From the NCBI RefSeq assembly GCF_963921235.1, contig NC_086108.1, positions 6,448,001 through 6,512,000 on the forward strand: DNA of 64,000 bases. The letters run 5' to 3'. Below the pieces are notes generated by a model that did not search any database, was not told the DNA's origin, and saw nothing but the letters and a program-made list of their open reading frames with translations. This document shows, in pieces, positions 24,640-38,309 of the stretch. The first letter of the stretch is position 1, and each line of letters opens with the position of its first letter. A program made the position numbers and the translations under genes. This DNA comes from Mobula hypostoma (Eukaryota).

Positions 24640-27600
24640 CTAGACAAGGTGAGGAGGTCCTGAAGGAAGATTTTAGGGAGCTAGGTAGAAAGCTGAGAGA
24701 CAGGACCTGCAGGGTAGCAATCTCAGGATTGCTGCCTGTGCCACGTGCCAGTGAGGGTGATTTGGCAGGTGAATGCGCGGCTGAGGGACTGGTGCAAGGG
24801 AGCAGGGGTTCAGATTTATGGGTCATTAGGATCTCTTCTGGGGAAGGTATGACCTGTACAAAAGGAACGGGTAACACCTGAACCTGAGGGGGTCCAATAT
24901 CCTTGCAGGCAGGTTGGCCTGGGTTGTCTGGGTGCGTTTAAACTAATTCGGCTGGGGAAAGGGAACAGGAATGATAGTGCTGAGATGAGGTAGTTGGGTT
25001 ACAAACAGAGCCAATGTGTAGTGCGACTCCTAGCAAGGAGAGGCTGATAACAGGGCAAAATTGCAGTCAACAGGATGAGTTGCAGTGTAAAAGGTGGACA
25101 AAATCAGGACTGCAGATGTTATATTTGAATGCACGCCGTATACGGAATAAGGTAGATGAACTTGTAGCATAGTTACAGATCGGCATGTATGATATTGTAG
25201 GCATCACTGAATCATGGCTGAAAGATTATAGTCGGGAGCTTAATGTCGAAGAATTGTATTGAAAGGACAGACAGGAAGGCAGAAGGGGTGGTGTTGCTCT
25301 GTTGGTTAAAAAATGAAATCAAATCATTAGAAAGAGGTGACATATGGTCGGAAGGTGTTGAATAATTGTGGACGGAACTAAGGAACTGCAAGAGTAAAAA
25401 GACCCTGATGGGACTTGTATACAGATCCCCAAATAGTTGTGAGGATGTGGTCTACAAATTACAATAGCAGATAGAAAATGCACGCCAAAAGGGCAATGAT
25501 ACAATAGTCATGGGGGATTTCAATATGCAGGTAGATTGGGAGAATCAGGCTGGCGCTGGATTCCAGGAGGGGGAATTTCTAGAATGCCTACAAGACGGCT
25601 TTTTAGAGCAGCTTGTGGTCCAGTCCACCAGGGGATCTGCTATTCTGGATCAGGTGTTATGCAAGAATCTGGAATTGATAAGAGAGCTTAAGGTAAAAGA
25701 ACCCTTGGGGGGGGGGGGAGCAATCATATTATGATTAAATTTACCCTGAATTTTGAGAAGGAGCAGCTAAAGTCAGATATGCTACTATTACAGTGGAGTC
25801 AAGAGAATTATAGAGGCATGAGAGAGGTGTTGGCCAGAATTCATTGGAAAAGAACACTGGCAGGGATGACAGCAGAGCAGCAATGGCTGGAATTTCTGGA
25901 AACAATTGGGAAGGCACAGGATGTATACATCCCAAAGAGGAAGAAGTATTCTAAAGGAAGGATCACACAACTATAGTTAACAAGAGAAGTCAAAGCCAAC
26001 GTAAAAGCCAAAGAGAGGGCATTAAATAAGCAAAAATTAGTGGGAGTTTAGAGGATTGGGAAGTTTTCAAATGCCAACAGAAGGCAACTAAAAAAAAGTC
26101 ATTAAGAAGGTAAAGATGGAATATGAAAATAAGCTAACCAATAATATTAAAGAAGATTCCAAAAGTTTCTTCAGATACATAAAGTATAATGAGGAGGCGA
26201 GAGTGGATATTGGACCACTAGAAACTGATGGTAGAGAGATGCTAATGGGGGACAAGGAAACGGCAGACAAACTGAATATGTATTTTGCATCAGTCTTCAC
26301 TGTTGGAAGACACTAGGAGTATGGTGGAAGTTCCAAGTGTCGGAGGGCTTGATGTTTGTGAAGTTACCATAACTAGAGAGAAGGTTCTTGGCAAACAGAA
26401 AGGTCTGAAGGTAGATGAGTCACCTGGACCAGATGGTGTACACCCCAATGTTCTGAAAAAGGTGGCTGAAGAGATTGTGGAGGAATTAGTGATGATCCTT
26501 CAAGAATCACTAGATTCTGGAAGACTGGGAAACTGCAAATGTTCCTCCACTCTTCAAGAAGACAGAGAAATTATCGGCCAGTTAGTTTGACCTCAGTGGT
26601 TGGGAAGGTGTTGGAGTTGATTGTTAAGGATGTGGTTTCGGGGTACTTGGAGGCGCATGCTAAAATAGGCCTTAGTCAGCATGGTTTCCTCAAGGGAAAA
26701 TTTTGTCTGACAAATCTGTTGGAATTCTTTGAACTGACAGAAGAATCAGTTGATGTTGTGTGTCTGGATTTTCTGAAGGCCTTTGACAAGGTGCCACACA
26801 TGAAACTGCTTAACAATCTACGAGGCCATGATCTTACAGGGAAGATTCTAGCATGGATAAAGCAGTGACTGACTGGCAGGAGGTAGAGTGGGAATAAAGG
26901 GAGCCTTTTCTGGTTGGATACCAGTGACTAATGATGTTCCACAGAGGTCCGTGTTGGGACTGATCCTTTTTACATTATATATTAATGATTTGGATAATGG
27001 AATTACTGGCTTTGTTACAAAGTTTGTGGATGATACAAAGATAGGTGGAGAGGCAGGTAGTTTTGAGGAAGAAGAGATGCTACAGAAGGACTTGGAAAGA
27101 TTAGGAGAATGGCAAAGAAATGTCAGATGGAAAGCAGCGTCGGGAAGTGTATGGCCATGCACTTTGGTAGAAGAAATGAACAGGTTGACTATTTTCTACA
27201 TGGAGAGAAAATACAAAATCCGAGGCACAAAGGGACTTGAGAGTGCTTGTGGAGGATTCCCTAACGTTAATTTGCAGGTTGAGTCTGTTGTGAGGAAGGC
27301 AAATGCGATGTTAGTATTAATTTCAAGAGGACGAGAATATAAAAGCAAAGATGTAATGTTCAGACTCTATAAAGCACTGGTGAAGCCTCACTTGGACTAT
27401 TGAAAGCAGTTTTGGGCCCCTTATCTTAGAAGGGATGTGCTGAAACTGGAGAGGGTTCAAAGGAGGTTCACAAAAATGATTCCAGGTTTGAATGGCTTGT
27501 CATACGAGGAATGTCAGATAGCACTGGACCTGTATTCATTGGAATTCAGAAGAATGAGGGATGACCTCATTGAAACCTATTGAATGGTGAAAGGCTTTGA

Positions 27601-27860
27601 TGAAGTGGATGTGGAGAGGATGTTTCCTCTGGTGGGGAGAGTTTAGGGCCTGAAGGCACTGCCTCAGAATAGAGGAGTGTCCTTTTAGGACGGAGATGAG
27701 GAGGAATTTCTTTAACCAGAGAACGGTGAATCCGTGGAATCTTTGTCACGAGCATACATACAGACTTGGTATTTATATTTAAGGCAGAGACTGATAGATT
27801 CTTGATTGGTCAGGCACGAAGGGATGTGGGGAAAAGGCAAGATGTTGGGTCTGACAGCAG
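24640..27860 (+). mobile_element. CR1 LINE, long decayed copy (end of ORF1 plus ORF2)
   Basis: ORF1-like EDFRELGRKLRDRTCRVAISGLLPVP; ORF2 fragments MGDFN, SPGPDG, NYRPVSLTS, FVDDTK. Confidence 0.95.
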
Positions 27861-28409
27861 AAGTTTGAGATCACAGTTTTCCTTCTCCTAGATGAGCTGC
27901 CAACCATGGCCGACAAGCCCCATCTACCCGAAGCAACTGGTTTTAGGGTGCCAGTAACCCACCTTTGCCCCTTCTTCTGTCAGTAAAAATGGTTCCACTG
28001 GGTCTAGTAGCTGAACCACATGTGAAGGCCAGGAGCTGGACTCGGTTGTCAGAGGCTATTTGAGACATGCCATTGGGGACATTTAATAGGTAGTAGGAGC
28101 TTGTCGCAGTGACCATCAATGGGGAACTTATCCCAGTGACCATCCCTGGCCATGACAACCTAATGAACCAAGGTATAACTGCCAGCTTTTAGCAGTTTGG
28201 GAAGAGAAAGGAAGCTGTTGAACCTCTGGAACCTTAGCTGTTCTGTGATGTGTTTCATGTCCTCTGATACACTTGTTCATCAGATTCAGAATTACCAAAT
28301 GTTCCAGCATTAATTACTGTCTGCTGAGTGAAGACCACTCCAAGCTGCTGCCAAGTCAGTGTTCCCTGACTTCACTCTGTTTCACTTGTTGTGCCTGTGT
28401 GAGATATTA

Positions 28410-29410
28410 ACCATCAGACCATGAGAGATAGGAGCAGAAATGGGCCATTTGGCAAATTGAGTCTGATCCGCCATTCCAGCATGGCTGATTTATTATCCCT
28501 CTCAATCCCATTCTCCTGCCTCCTTTCCCAAAATCATTCTCATGAACATCCTCTGGACCCTCTCCAATGTCAGCACCATCCTTTCTCAGATAAGGAGCCT
28601 AAAACTGCTCACAGTACTCCAAGTGAGGACTCATCATTAAGTCCTTGCTTTTGTATTCTAGTCCTCCCGAAATGAATGCATTCACCTTTCTCACCATCAA
28701 CTCAACCTCCAAGTTAACCTTTAGGGAATCCTACACAAGGGCTTCCAAGTCCCTTTGCACCTCCGATTTTGAGTTTTCTGCCCATTTAGAAAATAGTCTG
28801 TGCTTTGCTTCCTCCCACCAAAGTGCATTGGCATACATTTCCCGTCACTGTTATCCAGCTGCCACTTCCCTGCAGTCTCCCCACTTCCTCAACACTACCT
28901 GCCCCTCCACCTATCTTCATATCATCTGAAAACTTGGTCACAAATCCATCAATTCCATCATCAAAATCATTGATATATAAAGTAAAAAGAAGCAGTCCAT
29001 ATCCCCAGTGGAACACCACTAGTCACCAGCACCAATCAGAGAAGGCTTCCTTTATTCCCCCTCTTTGCTCCCTGAAAACAGCTACTGCCCTATCCGTGCT
29101 AGAATCTTTCTTGTGATGCACTGGGCTCTTAGCTCATTCAGCAGCCTCATGTGTGGCACCTTGTCAGAGGCCTTCTGAAAGTCCAAGTACACAACATCAA
29201 CTAATTCTCCTTTGTCTATCCTGCTTGTTATTTTCTTAAAGGATTCCAACAGATTTTTCAGGCAAGGTTTTCAGTTAAGGAAACCATGCTGACTTTGGCT
29301 ATTTTATCATGTGCTTCCAAGTATCCTGAGACCTCATCCTTCACAATGAACTCCAACATCTTCCCAGCCACTGTCATGAGCTGACTGGTCTATCAATTCC
29401 TTTCTTCTGC
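28410..29410 (-). mobile_element. CR1 LINE fragments
   Basis: ORF 28786 YINDFDDGIDGFVTKFSDD and CR1 tail. Confidence 0.85.
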
Positions 29411-32400
29411 CCCTTGTTGGAATTCTTTGAGGAGATTACAAGTAGAATAGATAAAGGGTATGCAGTGGATGTTATATATTTGGATTTTCAGAAGGCTTTT
29501 GACAAGGAGGCTGCTTAAGACCCATGGTATTACAGGAAAGTTACTGGCATGGTTAGAGCATTGGCTGATTCGTAGGAGGCAGTGAGTGGGAAAAAAGGGA
29601 TCCTTTTCTGGTTGGCTACCAGTGACTAGTGGTGTTCTGCAGTGAAACATAGAAACAGAAAACCTACAGCATAATACAGGCCCTTCAGCCCACAATGCAG
29701 TGCCGAACATTTACTTACTTAAAAATTACCTAAGGATACCCATAGCCCTCTATTTTTCTAAGCTCCATGTACCTATCCAGGAGCCTCTTAAAAGACCCTA
29801 TTGTATCCGCCTCCACCACCATCGCTGGCAGTCCATTCCACGCATTCACCACTCTCTGCGTTTTTAAAAAAAACTTACCCCTAATATCTCCTCTGTACCT
29901 GCTTCCAAGCAGCTTAAAATTGTGCCCTCTCACGCTATTCACTTCAGCCCTGGGAAAAAGCCTCTGACTATCCACACAATCAGTGCCTCTCATCATCTTA
30001 TACACCTCGGTCAGGTCACCTCTCATCCTCCGCCACTCCGAGGAGAAAAGGCCGAGTTCACTCAACCTATTCTCATAAGGCATGCTCCCCAATCCAGGCA
30101 ATATCCTTGTAAATCTCCTCTGCACCCTTTCTATAGTTTCCACATCCTTCCTGTAGTGAGGTGACCAGAACTGAACACAGTATTCCCAGTGGGGCCTGAC
30201 CAGGGTCCTATACAGCTGTAACATTACCTCTTGGTGCTTAAACTCAATCCCATTGATGAAGGCCAATGCACCGTATGCCTTCTTAACCACAGATTCAACC
30301 AGTGCAGCAGCTTTGAGTGGCCAATGGACTCGGACCCCACGATCCCTCTGATCCTCCACACTGCCAAGAGTCTTACCATTAATACTATGTTCTGCCATCA
30401 TATTTGACCTACCAAAGTGAACCACCTCACAATTATCTGTGTTGAACTCCATCTGCCATTTCTCAGCTCAGTTTTGCATCCTATCAATGTCCCGCTGTAA
30501 TCTCTGACAGCCCTCCACACAATCCACACCTCCAACCTCTGTGTCATCAGCAAATGTACTAACCTATCCCTCCACTTCCTCATTCAGGTCATTTATAGAA
30601 ATCACAAAGAGTAGGGGTCCTAGAGAAGATCACTGAGGCACACCACTGGTCACCGACCTCCATGCAGAATATGACCCCTCTACAACCACACTTTGCCTTC
30701 TGTGGGCAAGCCAGTTCTGGATCCTCAAAGCAATGTCTCCTTGGATCCCATGCCTCCTTACTTTCTCAATAAGCCTTGCATGGGGTACCTTATCAAATGC
30801 CTTGCTGAAATCCATATACACTACATCTACTGCTCTTCTTTCAGCAATGTGTTTAGTCACATGCTCAAAAAATTCAATCAGGCTCGTAAGGCACGACCTG
30901 CCCTTGGCAAAGCCATGCTGACTATTCCTGATCAAATTATACCTCTCCAAATGTTCATAAATCCTGTCTCTCAGGATCTTCTCCATCAACTTACCAACCA
31001 CTGAGGTAAGACTCACTGGTCTATAATTTCCTGGGCTATCTCTACTCCCTTTCTTGAATAGGGGAACAACACCTGAAGCCCTCCAATCCTGCGGAACCTC
31101 TCCTGTCCTCATTGATGATGCAAAGATCATCGCCAGAGGCTCAGCAATCTCCTCCCTCGCCTCCCACAGTAGCCTGGGATACATCTTCTCCAGTTCCAGT
31201 GACTTATTCAATTTGGTGCTTTCCAAAAGCTCCAGCACATCCTCTTTCTTAATATCTATATGCTCAAGCTTTTCAATTGTCTGTAAGTCATCCTTGCAAT
31301 CGCCAAGATCCTTTTCCATAGTGAATACCGAAGCAAAGTATTCATTAAGTACCTCTGCTATCTCCTCCAGTTCCATACACACTTTCCCACTGTCACACTT
31401 GATTGGTCCTATTCTCTCACGTCTTATCCTCTTGCTCTTCACGTACTTGTAGAATGCCTTGGTGGTTTCCTTAATCCTGCTTGCCAAGTCCTTCTCATGG
31501 CTCCTTCTGACTCTTTTAATTTCATTCTTAAGCTTCTTCTGCTAGCTTTATGATCTTCTAGATCTCTATCATTATCTAGTTTTTTTGAACTTTTCGTAAG
31601 CTTTTCTTTTCTTTTCTTCTTGACTAGATTTTCAACAGCCTTTGTACACCACGGTTCCTGTACCCTACCATTCTTTCCCTGTCTCATTGGAAAGTATCTA
31701 TGCAGAACTCCATGCAAATATCCCCTGAACATTTGCCACATTTCTGCTGTATGTTACCCTGAGAACATCTGTCCGAATTTATGCTTCCATGTTTCTGCCT
31801 GATAACTTCATATTTTCCCTTACTTCAATTAAACACTTCCCTAACTTGTCTGTTCCTATCCCTCTCCAATGCTATGGTAAAGGAGAAAGAATTGTGATCA
31901 CTAACTCCAAAAGAGAGACCTGACACCTGACCAGGTTCATTTCCCAATACCAGACCAAGTACAGCCTCTCCTCTTATAGGCTTATCTGCATATTGTGTTA
32001 GGAATCTTCCCGAACACACTTAACAAACCCCTTGCTTTAGGGAGATGCAAATCAATATTTGGGAAATTAAAATCTCCCACCACGACAACCCTGTTATTAT
32101 TACACCTTTCCAGAATCTGTCTCCCTATCTGCTGCCCGATGTCCCTGTTACTATTGGGTGGTCTGTTAAAAAAACACCCTGTGGAGTTATTGACCCCTTC
32201 CTGTTTCTAACTTCCACCCACAGAGACTCAGCAGGCAACTCCTCCATGACTTCCTCCTTTTCTGTAGCCGTGACACTATCTCTGATCAGTAGTGCCACGC
32301 CCCCACCTCGGTGTTTGGTTGGTGTTGGGACCGCTTCTTTTTATGCTGTATGTCAATAATTTAGATGATGGAATAGATGGCTTTGTTGCCAAGTTTGCAG

Positions 32401-32790
32401 ATGATAGGAAGATTGGTGAAGGGGCAGGTAGTGTTGAGGAAACAGGAAGGCTGCAGAAGGACCTGGACAGGAGAATGGGCAAGAAAGTGGCAAATAAAAT
32501 ACAATGTTGGAAAATGCACGGTCATGCACTTTGGTAGTAGAAATAAACATGCAGACTGTTTTCTAAATGGGGAGAAAATCCAAAAATCTGAGATGCATAG
32601 GGACTTGGGAGTCCTTGTGCAGAACACCCTAAAGATTAACTTGCAGGTTGAGTTGGTGGTGAGGAAGGCAAATACAATGTTAGCATTCATTTCAAGGGGT
32701 CTAGAATACAAGAGTAAAGATGGGATGCTGAGGCTTTATAAGCCGCACCTTGATTATTGTGAACAGTTTTGGGCTTCTTATCTAAGAAAA
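29411..32790 (+). mobile_element. CR1 RT fragment (29411-29642 and about 32315-32790) split by an antisense CR1
   Basis: ...VTSGVLQ stops at 29642 and VLGPLLFMLYVNNLDDGIDGFVAKFADD resumes near 32320. Confidence 0.8.
29645..32308 (-). mobile_element. CR1 LINE (second subfamily), endonuclease through RT and tail
   Basis: ORFs 30630 (285 aa) and 29730 (240 aa); gaaacatagaaac tail. Confidence 0.95.
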
Positions 32791-35700
32791 ACATTGAAGG
32801 TTCAAGTATTTTAAAATCTGAAGTTTGTAGTGCAGTAAATAAGATGAAAGGCAGCAGGTCCTGATGAATTAGTAATAGAACAAATTATTGCCCTTGAAGA
32901 TTGTGGAATTGAAAAACTTACTGATTGAATCAATGACGTTTATGAGACTGGAATAATGCCAGAAGAGATGAAAAAATCAGTATTATCACTCTTCCTAAGA
33001 AAGCTGGAGCAATAGAATGTGAATTACATAGGACCATAAGTTTCATGAGTCATATCACCAAGATACTTCTAAGAATTTTGATGACAAGAGCTAAAAGTAA
33101 GATACAAGCTGAAATAGGCAAAGAACGATGTGGTTTTGTGAAAGACAAAGGTGCAAGAAATGCAATATTGATGTTAAGGATACTATCAGAACAAGCTATT
33201 CAAGTGCAAAAAGATGTGTTTGTTTTATCGACTACACAAAAGCATTTGATAAAGTGAAGCACAATAAGTTAAGGTGTTATACTTACATGCACGCAGCATA
33301 AGGAATAAGGTCGATGATCTTGTCATACAGCTACAGATAGGCAGGTATGATATTGTGGCCATCACTGAGACATGGCTAAAGGATGCATGTCTCTGGGAGC
33401 TGAAATCCAAGGAACATCCAAGGATACACGGTGTATCGGAAGGATAGGCAGGTAGGCAGAGGGGGTGGCGTGGCTTTATTGGTAAGAAATGATATTAAAT
33501 CTTTAGAAAGAGGTGACATAGGATCAGAAGGTGCGGAATCTTTATGGGTTGAGCTAAGAAATCGCAGGGGTAAAAGGACCCTGATGGCAGTTATATACAG
33601 GCCTCCAAACAGCTGCAGGGATGTAGACTACAAATTACAACAGGAAATAGAAAAGGCTTGTCAGAAGGACAGTGTTATAATAATTGTGGGGGATTTTAAC
33701 ATGCGAGTGGATTGGGAAAATCAGGTCGGCACTGGATCTCAAGAGAGAGAATTTGTAGAATGTCTGCGAGATGGCTTTTTAGAACAGCTTGTTGTTGAGC
33801 CCACTAGGGGATCGGCTGTACTGGATTGGGTATTGTGTAATGAACCAGAGGTGATTAGAGAGATTGAGGTGAAAGAACCCTTAGGAGGCAGTGATCATAA
33901 CATGTTTGAGTTCACTGTGAAATTTGAAAAAGAGAAGCCGAAATCTGATGTGTCGGTATTTCAGTGGAGTAAAGGAAATTACAGTGGCATGAGAGAGGAA
34001 CTGGCCAAAGTTGACTGGAAAGGGACACTGGCGGGAAAGATGGCAGAGCAGCAGTGGCTGGAGTTTATGCGAGAAATGAGGAAGGTGCAAGACAAGTATA
34101 TTCCAAAAAAGAAGAAATTTTCAAATGGAAAAAGGATGCAACCGTGACTGACAAGAGAAGTCAAAGCCAAAGTTAAAGCAAAGGAGAGGGCATACAAGGA
34201 AGCAAAAATTAGTGGGAAGACAGGATTGGGAAGTTTTTAAAAGCTTACAAAAGGAAACTAAGAAGGTCATTAAGAGGGAAAAGATGAACTATGAAAGGAA
34301 GCTAGCAAATAATATCAAAGAGGATGCTAAAAGCTTTTTCAAGTATATAAAGAGTAAAAGACAGGTAAGAGTAGATATAGGACCGATAGAAAATGATGCT
34401 GGAGAAATTGTAATGGGAGATAAGGAGATAGTGGAGGAACTGAACGAGTATTTTGCATCAGTCTTCACTGAGGAAGACATCAGCAGTATACCGGACACTC
34501 AAGGGTGTCAGGGAAGAGAAGTGTGCGCAGTTACAATTATGACAGAGAAAGTACTCAGGAAGCTGAATAGTCTAAGGGTAGATAAATCTCCCAGACCAGA
34601 TGGAATGCACCCTCGTGTTCTGAAGGAAGTAGCTGTGGAGATTGCGGCGGCATTAGCGATGATCTTTCAAAAGTCGCTAGATTCTGGCATGGTTCCGGAG
34701 GACTGGAAAATTGCAAATGTCATTCTGCTATTTAAGAAGGGGGCAAGGAAGCAAAAAGGAAATTATAGACCTGTTAGCTTGACATTGGTGTTTGGGAAGT
34801 TGTTGGAGTCGATTGTCAAGGATGAGGTTACTGAGGACCTGGAGGCATATGACAAGATAGGCAGAACTCAGCATGGTTTCCTTAAAGGAAAATTCTGCCT
34901 GACAAACCTATTACAATTTTTTGAGGAAATTACAAGTAGGCTAGGCAAGGGAGATGCAGTGGACGTTGTATATTTGGATTTTCAGAAGGCCTTTGACAAG
35001 GTGCCACACATGAGGCTACTTAACAAGATAAGAGCCCATGGAAATACGGGGAAGTTACATACATGGATAGAGCGTTGGCTGATTGGCGGGAAACAGAGAG
35101 TGGGAATAAAGGGATCCTATTCTGGTTGGCTGCCGGTTACCAGTGGTGTTCCACAGGGGTCCATTTTGGGGCCGCTTCTTTTTAACGTTGTACATCAACG
35201 ATTTGGATTATGGAATAGATAGCTTTGTGGCTAAGTTTGCTGCTGATACAAAGATAGGTGGAGGGATCTGTAGTGCTGAGGAAACAGAGAATCTGCAGAG
35301 AGACTTGGATAGATTGGAAGAATGGGCAAAGAAGTGGCAAATGTAATACAATGTTGGAAAGTGTATGGTTATGCACTTTGGCAGAAGAAATAAATGGGCA
35401 GACTATTATTTAAATGAGGAGAGAATTCAAAGTTCTGAGATGCAACGGGACTTGGGAGTCCTTGTACAGGATACCCTTAAGGTTAACCTCCAGGTTGAGT
35501 CAGTAGTGAAGAAGGCGAATGCAATGTTGGCATTCATTTCTAGAGGAATAGAGTATAGGAGCAGGGATGTGACGTTGAGGCTCTATAAGGTGCTGGTGAG
35601 ACCTCACTTGGAGTACTGTGGGCAGTTTTGGGCTCCTTATTGAAGAGTGGATGTGCTGACGTTGGAAAGGGTGCAGAGAAGGTTCACTAGAATGATTCCA

Positions 35701-37027
35701 GGAGTGAGAGGGTTAACATATGAGGAACATTTGTCTGCTCTTGGACTGTATTCCTTGGAGTTTAGAAGAATGAGGGGGGACCTCATAGAAACATTTTGAA
35801 TGTTGAAAGGCATGGACAGACTGGATGTGGCAAAGTTGTTTCCCATGATGGGGGAGTCTAGTACGAGAGGGCATGAATTAAGGATTGAAGGGCGCCCATT
35901 CAGAACAGAGATGCAAAGAAATTTTTTTAGCCAGAGGGTGGTGAATCTATGGAATTTGTTGCCACAGGCGGCAGTGGAGGCCAAGTCATTGGGTGTATTT
36001 AAGGCAGAGATTGATAGGTATCTGAGTAGCCAGGGCATCAAAGGTTATGGTGAGAAGGCGGGGGAGTGGGACTAAATGGGAGAATGGATCAGCTCATGAT
36101 AAAATGGTGAAACAGACTCGATGGGCCGAATGGCTGGCTTCTGCTCCTTTGTCTTATGGTCTTATGGTCTAAGTTATTTGAAATATTACAGGAAACTCTA
36201 GATCTAGATTCGAAAGACCTCTGCCTAATCAGAAATCTGTACCAGGAACAAACTGCCGCTGTAAGAATAGATGGAGAAGTGAGTCAGTTTACGAAAATCA
36301 AGAGAAGCGTTAGACAAGGGTGTGTTTTCTCCCCGATTTATTTAATGTGTATAGTGAAACAATATTACAAAAAATAAGGGACATCTTGGGAATTAAAGCT
36401 GGCAGTGAAAACATCAATAATTTCAGATATGCAGATGACACTGTGTTAATTGCAAGTACGGAGGAAGAACTATAAAACTTAAATTGATATAATTGTTGAA
36501 GAAAGTGCAAAAATAGGTCTATCTATCAATTGCAAAAAGACAGGATGTATGGTGATATCCAAAAAGAAGGAGAATCCTATCTGCAGGCTGAGAATAAAGG
36601 GGGAAGACATAAAACAAGTACAGAACTTTTGCTGCTTAGGAAGCTGGGTGACATCAGATGGCAGGTGCGACATGGACATCAAAAGAAGAATAAGGATGGC
36701 AAAAGACACCTTTACGAGAATGAAGAGTATACTGACCAATATTAAACTAGGCATGACAACCCGCCTCAGAGTACTGAACTGATATGTTTATCCAGTTATG
36801 TTATATGGCTCAGAATGTTGGACAATATTTAGTAATGTGAAGAAACGAATTGTAGCAGCAGAGATGTGGTTTTTGAGGAGGATGCAAAGAATATAATGGA
36901 CGAAACGAATATTTAATGAGGATGTCATGAACAGAGCAAACACAAAAAGAGAAATAATGTATGAGATCATGAAAAGGCAACGTAACTTCATTTGACATGT
37001 GATTAGGAAAGAGGAGTTAGAATGCAC
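32790..37027 (+). mobile_element. RTE-clade LINE RT fragment (32790-33271 and 36170-37027) split by a CR1
   Basis: KAAGPD, SHITKILLRIL, KAFDKVKHNK|LFEILQ, VRQGCVFSP, YADD, GSWVTSDGRC and YGSECW motifs; AT-rich. Confidence 0.85.
33272..36169 (+). mobile_element. CR1 LINE with nearly complete ORF2, relatively young
   Basis: ORFs 33431 (endonuclease), 34212 (RT) and 35143-36075; (gtcttatg)n tail; 7-bp TSD taagtta at 33265-33271 and 36170-36176. Confidence 0.95.
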
Positions 37028-37029
37028 CA

Positions 37030-37612
37030 TCCAATCTCTCTGCCTACCTGCCTGGCAATAATACAATGTGTATCCTTGGATGTTAAGCTCCCAGCTATAA
37101 TCTTCATTCAGCCACAATTCAGAGATAACCACAAGGTCATACGTGCCAGCTTCTAACTGTGTCACAAGATCATCTACCTTATTCTGTATACTGTGTGTAT
37201 TCGGATATAACGCCCTCAATCCTGTATTTGTCACCCTTTTTGATTTTGTCCTCGTGTTACACTGCAACTTATCCCACTGACTGCAATTTTGCCCTATCAT
37301 CTGCCTGTCCCTCCTCTCAGTCTCACTACACACTGCAACTAGTTGTATGCCAACTGCCCCATCCTCAACTCTATCTCTCAGATTCCCAGCCCCCTGCCAA
37401 TTTAGTTTAAACCCTTCCCAACAGCTCTAGCAAACCTGCCCACAAGGATATTGGCCCCCTCTGGCTTTCAATTGTAAACCTTCCCTTCCCAGAAGAGATC
37501 CCAATGATCGGGAAATCCGAACCCCTGCCCCTTGAGCCAGTGCCTCAGCTCTACGTTCACCTGCCAAATTATCCTGTCCTTGCCCTCACTGGTGTGTGGC
37601 ACAGGCAGCAAT
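37030..37612 (-). mobile_element. CR1 fragment (ORF1/ORF2 junction)
   Basis: GLRALYPNTHSIQNKVDDL...YDLVVISELWL. Confidence 0.85.
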
Positions 37613-38309
37613 CAGGTGCTACGGTTTCTTCCCACAGTCCAAAGACGCACTGCTTAGATGATTAGTTGGCCATTGCCAATACTCTTCAGAGATTGTCTGC
37701 CTGGCATCAGTGATCACATGACTAGGACTTGTGGGTATGCACCAACTGCTTGTACAACCACCCGCTCCCATGGCTTCACGTGACCCTGATCAGGGTGGGG
37801 GGTGTTGCCAAGGGTGCCCCGCAGGCTCGTGGAGGGAAGGAACTCTCTACTTCTCCTTTGGTATAGAATGTTTGAACGTTGGCAGTAGAGGAACACTGTT
37901 TTGTTCGGCTGCATTTATGTATGGTTGAATGGTAATTAAACTTGAGTTTGATTTGATTTGACTTAATTCCACCACCGCCACCCAACCTATGATTAGGCTA
38001 GGATTAAATAGGTGGGTTGCTGGGCTAGACCACTCCTTGGGCCGGAAGGGCCTGTAACACACTGTATTTCTAAATAAAATTTAAAAATAAATAAATAAGA
38101 GCAATTACGGCAATAACAGGTAGATTGTGCAAAGACCACACATGCACTGGCAGATTGTGCAAAGACCACACATTTCCTTTTCTAAAAGGAATGGGAGGAT
38201 TCCGATGGGATTAGAGGGTATGAGTTATACGGAGAGGTTGGACAACTTGGAATGTTTTCCCCGAAGCACTTGGGACTGAGGAGAGATCAGATAGGCTTAT
38301 AAAGTTATA

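Noticed and set aside
30630..36075. Long RT and endonuclease ORFs as host genes or an active retroelement
   Set aside because: They are CR1 ORF2 pieces broken by stops and frameshifts; no intact ORF2 exists in the window
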